Shown: positions 52,809 to 64,000 of the stretch, piece by piece
How positions within the stretch are numbered: the stretch's first letter is position 1
Layout: each line of letters starts with the position of its first letter
From: Octopus vulgaris
Lineage: Eukaryota
DNA: 64,000 nt
Direction: 5' to 3'
Assembly: GCA_951406725.2 (NCBI GenBank)
Contig: OX597823.1
Location: 50,034,001-50,098,000, forward strand
Made by a program: the position numbers and the translations under genes
The notes under the pieces: generated by a model
What the model was told of the DNA's origin: nothing
The model's input: the letters and a program-made list of their open reading frames with translations, nothing else
Databases searched by the model: none

Positions 52809-53029
52809 TCACCTTTTCACTCAGATCACCATGGGTCTATTATTCTACCTATGGTGAATATAATTAAGCACTGAGAATTGGCACTTGCTCAACAATATTT
52901 ATGTACACACAAACACATACATACATCTTTCATTGAACCAAGAATAAAAGATGAATATATAAAAAGAAAGAGAGACAGAGAGAGAGCTTTTGTGTAGCAG
53001 ATGTGTATGCACACAAAAAGAATTTTGGC

Positions 53030-53338
53030 AAGGTGTGTGTATGTATACATACATGCATGCATACACACACACAGATATACACATTATACACACACACACA
53101 CTATATATACACATTATACACACACACATATATTATATATACACATTATACACGCACACACACACACATATATATATACACATTATACACACACACACAT
53201 ACATTATATATATACATTATACACACACACACACACATTATATATACACATTATACACACACACACATTATATATACACATTATACACACACACACACAT
53301 ATATACACATTATACACACACACACATATATATATATG
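53030..53338. repeat. Compound microsatellite TACACATTA(TA)n(CA)n
   Basis: Repeated CACATTATA cores with variable CA and TA runs; explains the H/T/Y/I-rich ORFs. Confidence 0.9.
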
Positions 53339-53385
53339 GAAAAAAAAGTCAAGGTAGAAAATGCTAAAATAATTTTATAAAAAAC

Positions 53386-53727
53386 ATTTCAGTACCAGTT
53401 TCAGTCATTGAGATTTTTTCCACTGTAAGTATGGAAAACAATTAAATTTTGGAAAAATGAAAAGAAAAGTTTTTTAAAAGAATATTTGCATAGTATTCAA
53501 AAACATGAGGCATATTCTTTGTTTCTTCCTGTCTCTGTCTCTCTTGTTTACTCTTGTCAAACCCACAAGAGTAAACAAGAGAGATAGAGACAGGCAGAAA
53601 CAAGGTAAAATAGTATTTGAATACTATGCAAATATTCTTTTAAAAAACTTTTCATTTAATTCTTCCAAAATTTCATTGTTTTCCATACAGTTGAAAAAGT
53701 CTCCATGATTAAAACCAGTACTGAAAT
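53386..53727. repeat. Long inverted repeat (~165-bp arms, 7-nt loop)
   Basis: Loop CAAACCC at 53558-53564. The arms pair with mismatches from CTCTTGTTTACTCTTGT/ACAAGAGTAAACAAGAG out to ATTTCAGTAC/GTACTGAAAT. Confidence 0.9.
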
Positions 53728-54713
53728 ACCTATATATACATATATAAACACATGCATACACATATATACACACACACACTATATATATATATATATATAT
53801 ATACATAGCTCTACTGCACTATTTGTTGCTTGCCACATCTATTCAGAGTTTTTAAGACAATTAAGATCAATACTCCAATCATTTAATGTACCAATAAATT
53901 TTGTTATGACTATTGATTGTCTATTATTCAATGGATGATGGAATGAATTTTTGCCTGCACAACATCAGGTTTTGGGCAATGAATGAACTAAATTCATAAT
54001 ATCAAAGCTATCACGAATGAAATGTGGCAAAGCTTTTTGATCTCTCTGCTCTTGGAGAACAGTTTCTAATATAACTAATCTATAAATACCTTGTAATAAT
54101 AATTGCTATTTTTTTCTTTTTTTTACTGCAATGGATGGATGAATGGTTAAAGGGTTGGAATAAGTACCATGAAGCGAAAACTGTAAACCAGATTATTGTT
54201 GGTGATGTTGGTGTTATTGTAGTAAAGATCATGCCATCATTTTTGCTTTCCATACTTTGTTCCATGCCAAGTTTTATTCAGCATGTTCACTTCAGGGAAA
54301 AGACCATGTCCTCTTCAAAGATACAAGGACCAACTCAAAACAATACAGAAAGCCACTGGACTTGAGAGAAAGGCTTGACAAAATCACCTTGTCCTCCACC
54401 AACATTACCATGAAGTCAATACCATCGACTCTTCCATGCAAGAATTGGTCTACTTAGCGATCAACACCATCTCCATAAAGGAAGTGTTTAGCAAAGAAGA
54501 AACTACATTCTTGGATACAAGATAAAGTCACCAACAACAACGACATTGTATAACTAGGACTATGTCATCCAATGTTGCTTCAGCTGTGGCTGTGTGATTC
54601 AGAAATTTGCCTTTCAACCATGGGGTTTCAGTTCAGTCCCACTACACAGCACACATACTATAGCCACAGTGTGTGTGTGTGCATACACAGATGTATGCGT
54701 GTGCACAGACAGG

Positions 54714-54903
54714 GGGTGGGTGCTGAAAAGTTCCTGGCTTTGGATAAAAGAAAATACAAGTGGATCAATTAATTATGATTTTATTCAACATATTCCCCTC
54801 CCAGATTCACACACTCATTGCAGTGTTCCTTCAGTTTTTCTAAGCCCTGTAAAAGAACTTGGAAGGTTGGGCCTTAAAGCCAGGAACTTTTCAATACCCT
54901 TCG
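54714..54903. mobile_element. mariner-derived MITE
   Basis: TIRs GGGTGCTGAAAAGTTCCTGGCTTT / AAAGCCAGGAACTTTTCAATACCC, with 3' TA. Confidence 0.8.
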
Positions 54904-55949
54904 TATGTATATGTTTGTGAAACCCTTACATGATATTACATGATGGCCATAAATGAGCAACACCATCAAACAAGCAAGTTATTTGTTTTCAATCTTTCAG
55001 AAAAAACATGCCTGGCAATGGGGAAATATTATCTTGTTTAGAAACAGGTAAGGGTTGGTGACAGCTATGTCATCAGACCATAGAAAATCTACTGCAACAA
55101 ATTCCGTCGATCCATCCAAGCATGAAAAAGTGGATGCTAAATGATAAAGATGATGTATCTTTTTTTCCTTTTTAATGACAGCAAGTGTGATTCTACAAAG
55201 ACTTCTGACTGCTAGTTCTAGCACAATGTACGACTACATAGAGTAGAGACTAAAACTTACTACCCACACAGCCATGCCTATTCATATAAATCCTTCAAGC
55301 AGGAAAGGAAAATAAATCAAAACACATGTGAGAACTGTGGCTGTGTGGTAAGAATCTTGCTTCTCCCACTGCATGGCACCTAGGACAAGTGTCTTTCACT
55401 ATAGTCTTGGGCCAACCAAAGCATTGTGAGTGGATTTGGTAAACTGAAAGAAACACATTGTGTGTGAGTGATCATCATCATCATTGTTTAACGTCCACTT
55501 TCCATGCCGGTATGGGTTGGACGGTTTGACTGGGGACTGGCAAGCCAGAAGGCTGTACCAGGCTCCAATCTGATCTGACTGGATGCCCTTCCTAATGCCA
55601 AGGGTATGTATGTGTGTGTCACTTTGTGCCTGCATTTGTCTCCCACCACAGCTTGACAGCTAGTGTTGGTGTGTTCACATCTCCATAACTTAGTGGTCGG
55701 GCAAAAAACTAAAAGAATAAGCACAAGGCTTAGAAAGAAAAAGATAGAAAAGAAATACAAGGATTAGAAAGAGAGAATAAGTACAAGGCTTAGAAAGAAA
55801 AAGAAAGAAAAGAAATACAAGGCTTAGAAAGAAAATTCTTAAAGACAGTGCCCCAGCATGGCCACAGTCTACTGACTGAAACACATAAAAGATAAAGCCC
55901 AAAAAAAAGAGGTAGGTATATCAACTTTGTTTTTGTTTTTTAAAGCAGT

Positions 55950-56790
55950 TGCTTGTTAGAAGGTCCTTAGAGCACTGAAAATGTAAGAGCTACTAGAATA
56001 AAATGGACACTGGGCAGAAGTCAACAGGTGATGATGTACATTAGACTTAAAAGACTAGAGGTCATATTGAAGAGGAAAACAAGACTGGGGAAGGGAATTC
56101 CAAAGTTCAGAAGTGCAAGGGAAGAAACTGGTGCTGTTAAGTGCTTTACGACACTAAGGAGGTTGCACAGTATATTGATGAGAACTGGATGCAAGTCTAG
56201 TTGATGGCTGATAAGTTCTTAAAGGAGGAACCAGAGAAGAGAGCTTAGCTGAACAATGTCCATGGAAATAGTTATAGAAAAGAGACAAGGAAGCTACATG
56301 ACAACGGTGAGAGAGTGAATCCAATTTAGATTGATTCTGTTGCACATTGAAGATAAAACAAATAATTATTGGTGCATTTCCCAGGGAAAGTGAGAAAACA
56401 AAAAATGCTTTAAAGTTGAAAATTTAAAAAAAGAAAGATAAATATATAAAATTATTCCAGATCATCATCATCATCATTTAGCGTCCGCTTTCCATGCTAG
56501 CATGGGTTGGATGGTTCAAGTGGGGTCTTGTTTTAAAATCAATAACGTTACAAATATGGTGCTCAATGTATTCCAACAGAGTTAAACAATCCACAGGGGC
56601 ACCTGCCCACATGTGACAACAGTACTCAATGCAGGGGCGAATGGTGGACTTCTAAAGATAAAGAATAGTCTTAGGGGTGAGATAACTCCTCGAATGAAGG
56701 AGTGAGCCTGCCTTCATTGCAGCTGATTTGGCAATACATTCAGTGTAAGTCCTCCACTTATACACTTAGACAATTTTAGAGGACCAAAAA
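55950..56790 (-). mobile_element. CR1/L2-group LINE 3' fragment (ORF2 C-terminus), interrupted at ~56331-56540
   Basis: WRTYTECIAKSAAMKAG...KSTIRPCIEYCCHMWAGAP, then SLSHRCHVASLSLFYNYFHGHCS, then FFPCTSELWNSLP. Confidence 0.8.
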
Positions 56791-57782
56791 TTCCATGGGA
56801 AATGCAACATAATTTGGAAAGATAGTGATGATGTCTGAATGTTTCACAACACTATTGATTTGTATACCAGAAAATATGGTAGCTATTTATAATACACATA
56901 GAATGTTTTCTGCATGACTGGATACATATTCTCATCTTTTACGAGAAACATATCTTCCATGTGGTGACATGTGGCAAAAGCTAGTTTTTGAACAAGTCAT
57001 GTTGGAACAAACAATTCAAGTGTTGTAATATAAAAATAAGCCAGTAGAAATAATGTTATAAATCATTGAAGCTTGCCGTAAGACATCTAACAAGCCATGT
57101 GCCATGCACACCAATTTCCCCAACTTCACATTCTACCGCAATAAAACCAAACCTCGTATTTGATATGAACACTCGAATTTTTGTTTTGTTTGCTCTAGGT
57201 AAATTTAATTGATATGAAACATGATATTTCTTCATGTTGGAATTACCATTAGGTGTGTGGATGTGTGTGTGTGTGTGTGTGTGTGTGTTTGTGCATGAGC
57301 ATGCATGTATATGCAGTAGTGGAGTAAAAAAGCATAATTTCATAAAGCTATTTTTGAACTGATAAGGAAAATTGATAAAGAAAACAAAGCATTCACAAAG
57401 AGAAGTCAATTAAGTGTAAGAGAGTTTCATAAATGAAACTGCCAATACATGTTTTAAAGTCATGCATCCAAATAAGTTATGGTTTATTGTTGTCCTTTGA
57501 TCTTATATTTTGTTTTATGCCTTCAGGTTTCAAAAACAGAAAGATGTTCTACCTCTCCTTCTCTCTCTCTCTCTTTCTGTCTTTGAGGTGGGCATAGGTA
57601 TCAGAGTGGCATCAGTTACACGTTTGTAATGCATGTACAGAAGTGCCAGAACTAATTCTTGTGCTCAAACACACAGAATAAGTCACACGCTCATAAAAAA
57701 AAACAATCATAAACATTGTCCTCAAAAGATATATACCAACAGATACATAAATTGAAAAGAGCACAAATACATACTGACAAAC

Positions 57783-57824
<42 letters not shown>

Positions 57825-60800
57825 GTGTGTGTGTCTGTGCATATGCATATAGGTTTGTCAGTATGTATGTGCATATTCACACACATATATACACCTATAT
57901 ATATACACACGCACACACACACACACCTAGAAATAGAATAATCAATAGTATTGCTATATTTGCTGGCTACTGTTGTTTGTTGTTGTTGTTGTTTAACTTT
58001 GATCGCTTCTAATCCTATAGAGCAGTGGTTCTCGGTCTTTTTGATTCTGTTCTACATTGAAGATCAAACAAATAATTATTGGTGCATTTCCCAGGGAAAG
58101 TGGGAAAGCAAAAAAATGCTTTAAAGTTGAAAATTTAAAATAAAAGAACGATAAATATATAAAATTATTCCAGATCTTGTTTTTATTTATTTTACCTATT
58201 TATAATGAACATAGGGAATAACTCACTTTTAAAGATGCTCAAACAGAAGTGATTCACTGAAGCCTTAAATTATGTTTTTAAAAATCTGGTATGCACTTAG
58301 ATATTATGTAAGGAATAACACTGTACTGTAGAACACCATTTGGGAGCCAGTGCTGTAGGCCTATAACACAGGACTACAGGAAGACAAGCCAGTGACACCA
58401 ATCCACAAACACAACATGGTACAGAGTCTGATTCCAAAAAAGGTCCATTTCTATCCTTGACACTTTGGCTACTGATTCCAATGTTACTGACCTGACCAGG
58501 GTCGATATTCAAAGAGTATAATTTTCCTGAACCATGATGTGCATCTTAGTCCATTTCTCTTTGAGCATTATTTTACAGGTAGATGTATGGCTGTGTGCTA
58601 AGAAGTTTCCTTCCCAACCATGTGGTTTTGGGTTCAGTCCCACTGCATGACACCTTGAGTAAGTATCTTCTACTATATAGCCTTGGGCCAACCTTGTGAG
58701 TGAATTTGATAGATGGAAATTGAAAGAAGCCAGTTTTTGTAGAGATATGTGTGTGTTTATGTGCATGATTTTGTTCCCCCACTACCACTTGATATCAAAG
58801 TGTTGGTTTGTCGACATCCCAGACTTTAAAAAAAGTGCACTGGAGTTGATTTGTCCAACTAAACTCTTCAAGATGGTCCCCCAGCATGGCCACAATCCAT
58901 TGACAACAAAGCAAGACTTGCTGAATTACAGATACAATCTATCAGACAGCTTCCTAACAGCATTCATCTACTCAATTTCACTCATAAAGCTCAGGTTGGT
59001 TTCCAGCTCAGGTTAAAGATTCTTTCCTAAGATACCATGCAGTGGTATTGAACCCAAGGCCTCTTCATTGCAAAATAAACCTCTTAACCATTTGGCCATG
59101 CAACATTCATGCCTCATAAATACATGAATGTATGACTACACTAAAAAGACACTTTCAACTGTTTTACATTAAAGATACAAATAAAAAAAAAGCTGGTACT
59201 TCAATGACATACAAAGGAAATGTTACTTCCACCTATATCAAAGAATGAACTAATGTTATTCGATTCTCAAGGTTAAAGGAAGGAAAAGAAAATCTTTGTT
59301 CAGACAGTTGTAGATTAAATTGTAAGGATATTTGAATAATTGCTAGTTGAAGTAAAAAAGTTATGTTGCTATTATATCTGATGTGAAACAATGTCAACTC
59401 ATATACACAGCATGTCTCAATGACATATAATAGCCTTTCTAATTTGGCTACAGATGTTGATAGAGATTATCAAGTATTTATCAGAACACATTTCACGGTA
59501 CAACACAGATGTAATAGAAGTAGTAGTCAACACTAATTAAATAAAGCAACTAATACAATTTATCTATTGAATTCAACAAGTATCAAAACAAAAACAAACA
59601 AAAATCCCCGATGTCCAAGGAAACTAATGATGGTCAGCATTAGCAAAAATTATATATATTAATAAATATTAGCATCCTTTTCTCCACAAGACATATGAAC
59701 TTATCCAAGCTCACAGACTCTATTGTATTCTGGCTTTAATTAACATCTCATTTCTTTTTGTCTCACTAGTGTAATTAGAATGCTAATGAAGTAATAATTA
59801 TTTTCCTTCAGCTATTATATCCAACTGTGACCTGTCCAAATATCAGGTCTGTAAGGAGGAAAGTTTAAACTAAAACAACATTTTTATCTTCAACTTTTAT
59901 TATTATTGTTGTTGTTGTTATTATAATTTCTTCGTAGTTCTTTCTTAATTCTGTTCATAGCTTATTTATTTATTTATTTACCTTGTTAATGGTCTCACCA
60001 TTGTTCTAAATTCTGACACCAACATTTGGTTTCCATCACTATTTTGCACCATAAACTGAGGTGTGAACTTAAAATCAACAGCAATATTCTTTTATACAGA
60101 TAAGAGAGTCAGCTGGGGGGGGGGGGGAACAATCTGTCTTCAATTTTGAGTTCAAATTCTGCCAAGGTCCACTTTGCCTTTCATCCTTTTGGGGTCAACA
60201 TAATAAGTATCAGCTAAGCATTGGGGTCAATGTAATCGACTTACCCCTTCTCCCGAAATTGCTGGCTTTGCGCCAAAATTTGAAATCAAAATATTTTTTA
60301 TGCAGAAGGATTTAAGTTAAAGGAAAAATATAAACACCCAAGGAGATGACTAGCAAGTTTAATAACCATCTTTATTATGATTAGTATTCTGAGCAACATT
60401 TTAGTATCCCATGTGCCTGCACACGCACACACACACACACACACACACAATAGTTTTGTGTGGGAGGGGTGACTACAAATAAGGCTTTTTAAGTTTTGTT
60501 TACAAAGGCCCCACCAAAACTAATGTTGTGCTTCATGTGCCTTTTAAACTTTTAATGATGTGTGTATGTGGGGTGGTTACCATAATTGACAGCTTGAAAG
60601 CATATTAATATATACAAGATGCCTCAATTTTGGCAGGGCTTTGAAAAGAAAAAACGATTTTAACCCAGTTTTTGCCTGATATTTGTAATTCTTCATCACC
60701 TGTCAACATATCAAGGAATATTGAAGTCTGATGTGTTCATATAATAATGAAATCACACTATTCTCTGTTTAAGAATTTAAACCCTTTCATAATTTTTTCT

Positions 60801-63614
60801 AAAATACAAGCTTATGTATGTCAATTAAATTCTAAAATATTTGTGAATTCTGACTAGTTTTGCAACTAAATTTCAAAGATAATTCAATTTATCATTTAAC
60901 TTTTACTTGTTTCAGTCATTTAACTGGGACCATGCTGGGCATGGACAAGAGAGGGCAGTGAGAGGGGGGAGGACTGAAGCTGAATAGACTGTCAGGAGTC
61001 AAGTCTGGTATTGAGAGTTATTTCTTGTTTGGTCAGCACCGGCTCGACTGGCTTCTGTGCCGGTGGCACATAAAAAGCACCAACCGATCGTGGCCGATGC
61101 CAGACCCCTCTGGCACCTGTGCAGGTGGCACGTAAAAAGCACCCACTACACTCGCGGAGTGGTTGGCGTTAAGAAGGGCATCCAGCTGTAGAAACACTGC
61201 CAGATCAGACTGGAGCCTGGAGCAGCCCCTGGCTCCCCAGACCCCGGTCGAACCGTCCAACCCATGCTAGCACGGAAAACGGACGTTAAACGATGATGAT
61301 GATGATGATTGATTGTTACAGATATTTCCATGTTCTTTGGTTCATTGTGAGACAGACCGACATACACACGCGCGCACGTGCATGTGTGCAGCAAACATGT
61401 AATAAAATCCTAGCAACCAATAAAAGACTAAATTTACATCCCCTGTGAAGGGGGATTTCTTATAGATGATAAGTCATCTCGTTTTACACAGGTAATGTGA
61501 TAAATGTCTGCCGATTACGTTGACACATCACCATAATTTATCTTAAATGTGTGGACTGATATAAACACACGTTTGGATAACATCAAACAAATATTCAGCT
61601 TGTAGTTATAAAGTACAGTAAGTGTATAAAATCTTAGCAATTAGTCCATTATTGAAAAATCAGTTTTGTACTTGATGACATCTGAGATACACGCATCATA
61701 AGAACATACACTCAAACACACACACTTTAAGCTTATGCCAATAACATAAGGGTCTACAGTTTGCCTCAGAGCACTTGTGAAAATCTTAGTTTAACAAGTG
61801 CTATGACATGGAAAAGAGAGACAAGGAGAGGGAGGGAGGGAGAAGGAGGGGGGAAAGTGAGAAAGCGTACTATGTCAAAACTATGTCAAAACCCTTGTCA
61901 AAATCTAGTTTCACAAGTGCCCTGGCACAAACTGTAAGCCTTTGAGTCACTGGCATAAAATGCATGCCTGTGTATATGTGTATGGGGAGGGGTGTTAAAA
62001 TTTCACTTTACAACCACATGTTTTTCAGTTTCAATTCCACTGTGTTCACTTCTAAATATTTTGTTATACTACAAGATAGTATAAATTCCCAGCTATTACT
62101 AATCTCTGTGCTGTGTGTGAACTTGACAAAATATATTTAGTAATTTACCCTGCTCAAATTCAATTCCTTTTATAGAAAAAAAAACTGACCTGCAACACCA
62201 GGATGTTCTTTTAAGAGAGAGAAGACTCACATTCACAAAAACTAGAGACAGTGACATTGCACCCAGTTTCCAGAAAACTGAGTTTGCAGCATAGCTTCAA
62301 CCATAGGATGTATCATTTCTCATTCTTTTTTCTCCTCGTGTCTGCCAGTCTTAGCCAAGAGAAAAACTCAGAAGGATAGATTTCATCAAGATGTTTTGCA
62401 CTTCAAGCAGTTTTAAATATACAAGTCACCAAGATCCAAGTGGCTAAAAAGTGTCAGTAGAAGAGTACTGTAATGGGAGAATCCTGAACATCCCCACATG
62501 ACTGAAGGTGGACTAACCAATTAGGTTAGAGGTGAAGTTGACAGTGTTAGTTCAACCGTATTGGTTAATCATATTAGTTCAACATATGCTGGTTTAACAG
62601 TCAGTAGTTGAACAGTGAATACTGAGTATCATACTTACGTTTGAGTAGTAAGGAGTGTTCTGTGTTAACATATATTTCTGCAGTAGGTTATTTTTATATA
62701 ACCACAACCAAATATTTATTTGTGTAATACCATTTTACACCAGACATATATACTAACATCATAGCAGGTACCCTGGAGTCATGACCTAGCTGCAGCTTGG
62801 CTCCCTTAGAATGTAAGAATTTAAGGGTCAAAACACTTGCCTGGGTGGGGTTTCTTCTCCAAGACCTGCTGTTCAGCTCTCTTGAGAGTTTCTTAACACA
62901 AGAATATGGATCCTAATGGCTAAAGAGTCAGTTATTGTTAAAGTTCTAAACCTTTTGCTATCCTGTCACATGCTTGCAAAATAATAATTTTTTGTTACTC
63001 TTTTTTAAATTCCTGTATTCCATGCTGATGCCAAATAGAAAGCACCTGTGCTGGTTCCACATAATAAGCACCTGTGCTGGTTCCATAGAGAAAGCACCTG
63101 TGCTGGTTCCACAGAGAAAGCACCTGTGCTGGTACCACAGAGAAAGCACCTGTGTTGGTGCCATGTAAAAAGCATCCAGTACACTCTGTAAAACAGTTGG
63201 TGTTGGGAAGGGCATCCAGTTGTAGAAACCATGCCAAAACAGACAGTTGGAACCTGGTGTGACTCTCCAGCTTTCTAGCTTCTTTCAAACTGTCCAATCC
63301 ATGCCAGAATGGAAAATGGATGTTGAATGATGATAATGATAATGTACTGCAAATAATCATTAACTCCAACAGCCGCAAAAACTTGAACTGCACATAGCTG
63401 CAATTCAATTATTGAAGTTGTTGGGGGGCTGAAAAACAGAAATTAAGCACTCTTGTGCAACAAACAAATTTTAGCCTCACCCCAAGAAATCTTTTGACAA
63501 GAACTTCAATCTGTCTGCTCAAGGAGCAATTTGTTTTCTTTTCGTTTTATCAAGTGAATTTCTTCAAATATTTTTTCTTCTTTTAATTTGCAGTTAACAT
63601 CTCAAACAGTGAGT

Positions 63615-63649
<35 letters not shown>

Positions 63650-63760
63650 AATTATTGTGTATAGTGCTCAGGTGCACTACAACTCATCAAAGATACATGT
63701 ACAATATATAGAATTATGTGCAAAAGCTAGGGAAGTGAACAGTGTATGAGTCATGATATA

Positions 63761-64000
63761 CAGGATGCGTAAAGTATTTGAGGACATGCCTTTTTTGGGT
63801 CATTGCTGCATTTTTTGCTAACTCTGTATAATCTTTGTTTCAGAAAATAATAATGGCAGACCCTCAGCTTACTCAAGAAATGAAGAGGCATGCTGTTATT
63901 GTGGTCATAATGGCTGAGCATGGCGATTTAGAAATATCTCGAATTTTAAAAGTTGTCAGATCTTTCGTCTACAAAGTTTGTAAAGAGCTAGAGACTGAAG
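63761..64000 (+). mobile_element. 5' end of a Tc1/mariner-superfamily (maT-like) transposon, truncated by the window edge
   Basis: TA|CAGG start. ATG at 63853 is open to the window end (MADPQLTQEMKRHAVIVVIMAEHGDLEISRILKVVRSFVYKVCKELETE), similar to the HTH of the 35.2-36.4 kb element. Confidence 0.7.

Noticed and set aside
58297-58512. Cys-rich 71-aa minus-strand ORF
   Set aside because: No recognisable motif or convincing splice sites; probably chance or an old repeat.
62639-62677. Possible 39-nt minus-strand micro-exon (cag|...|gtaagt)
   Set aside because: No polypyrimidine tract and no OATP similarity in any frame.

Overview
This is AT-rich, microsatellite- and SINE-dense eukaryotic DNA. 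The repeat families look like those of octopus (coleoid cephalopod) genomes; that assignment is an inference. Two intron-containing genes converge tail-to-tail. On the + strand are the last three coding exons of WDR48/UAF1 (3434-3510, 5280-5475, 5646-5738), followed by a repeat-poor, probably ~4 kb 3' UTR. On the - strand are the last ten coding exons of an OATP/SLCO organic anion transporter (SLCO5A1/Oatp30B-like; 46449 down to the stop at 16753). All of these exons have GT-AG boundaries and consistent reading phases. The 5' parts of both genes lie outside the window. The remainder is intronic or intergenic mobile DNA: tRNA-derived SINEs, RTE-type and CR1/L2-group LINE fragments, decayed Tc1/mariner elements, hAT and piggyBac MITEs, and mini- and microsatellites. 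The most notable unannotated signal is a set of minimal type I hammerhead-ribozyme motifs. One is nearly intact (47939-47981), sense to the SLCO pre-mRNA and sits in the loop of a perfect 51-bp inverted repeat. Several degenerate relatives lie in fold-back cassettes between microsatellites, probably Penelope-like element termini. One lies downstream of a tRNA-type Pol III head. All coordinates were read by eye, repeat boundaries are approximate, and no searches or folding computations were run.
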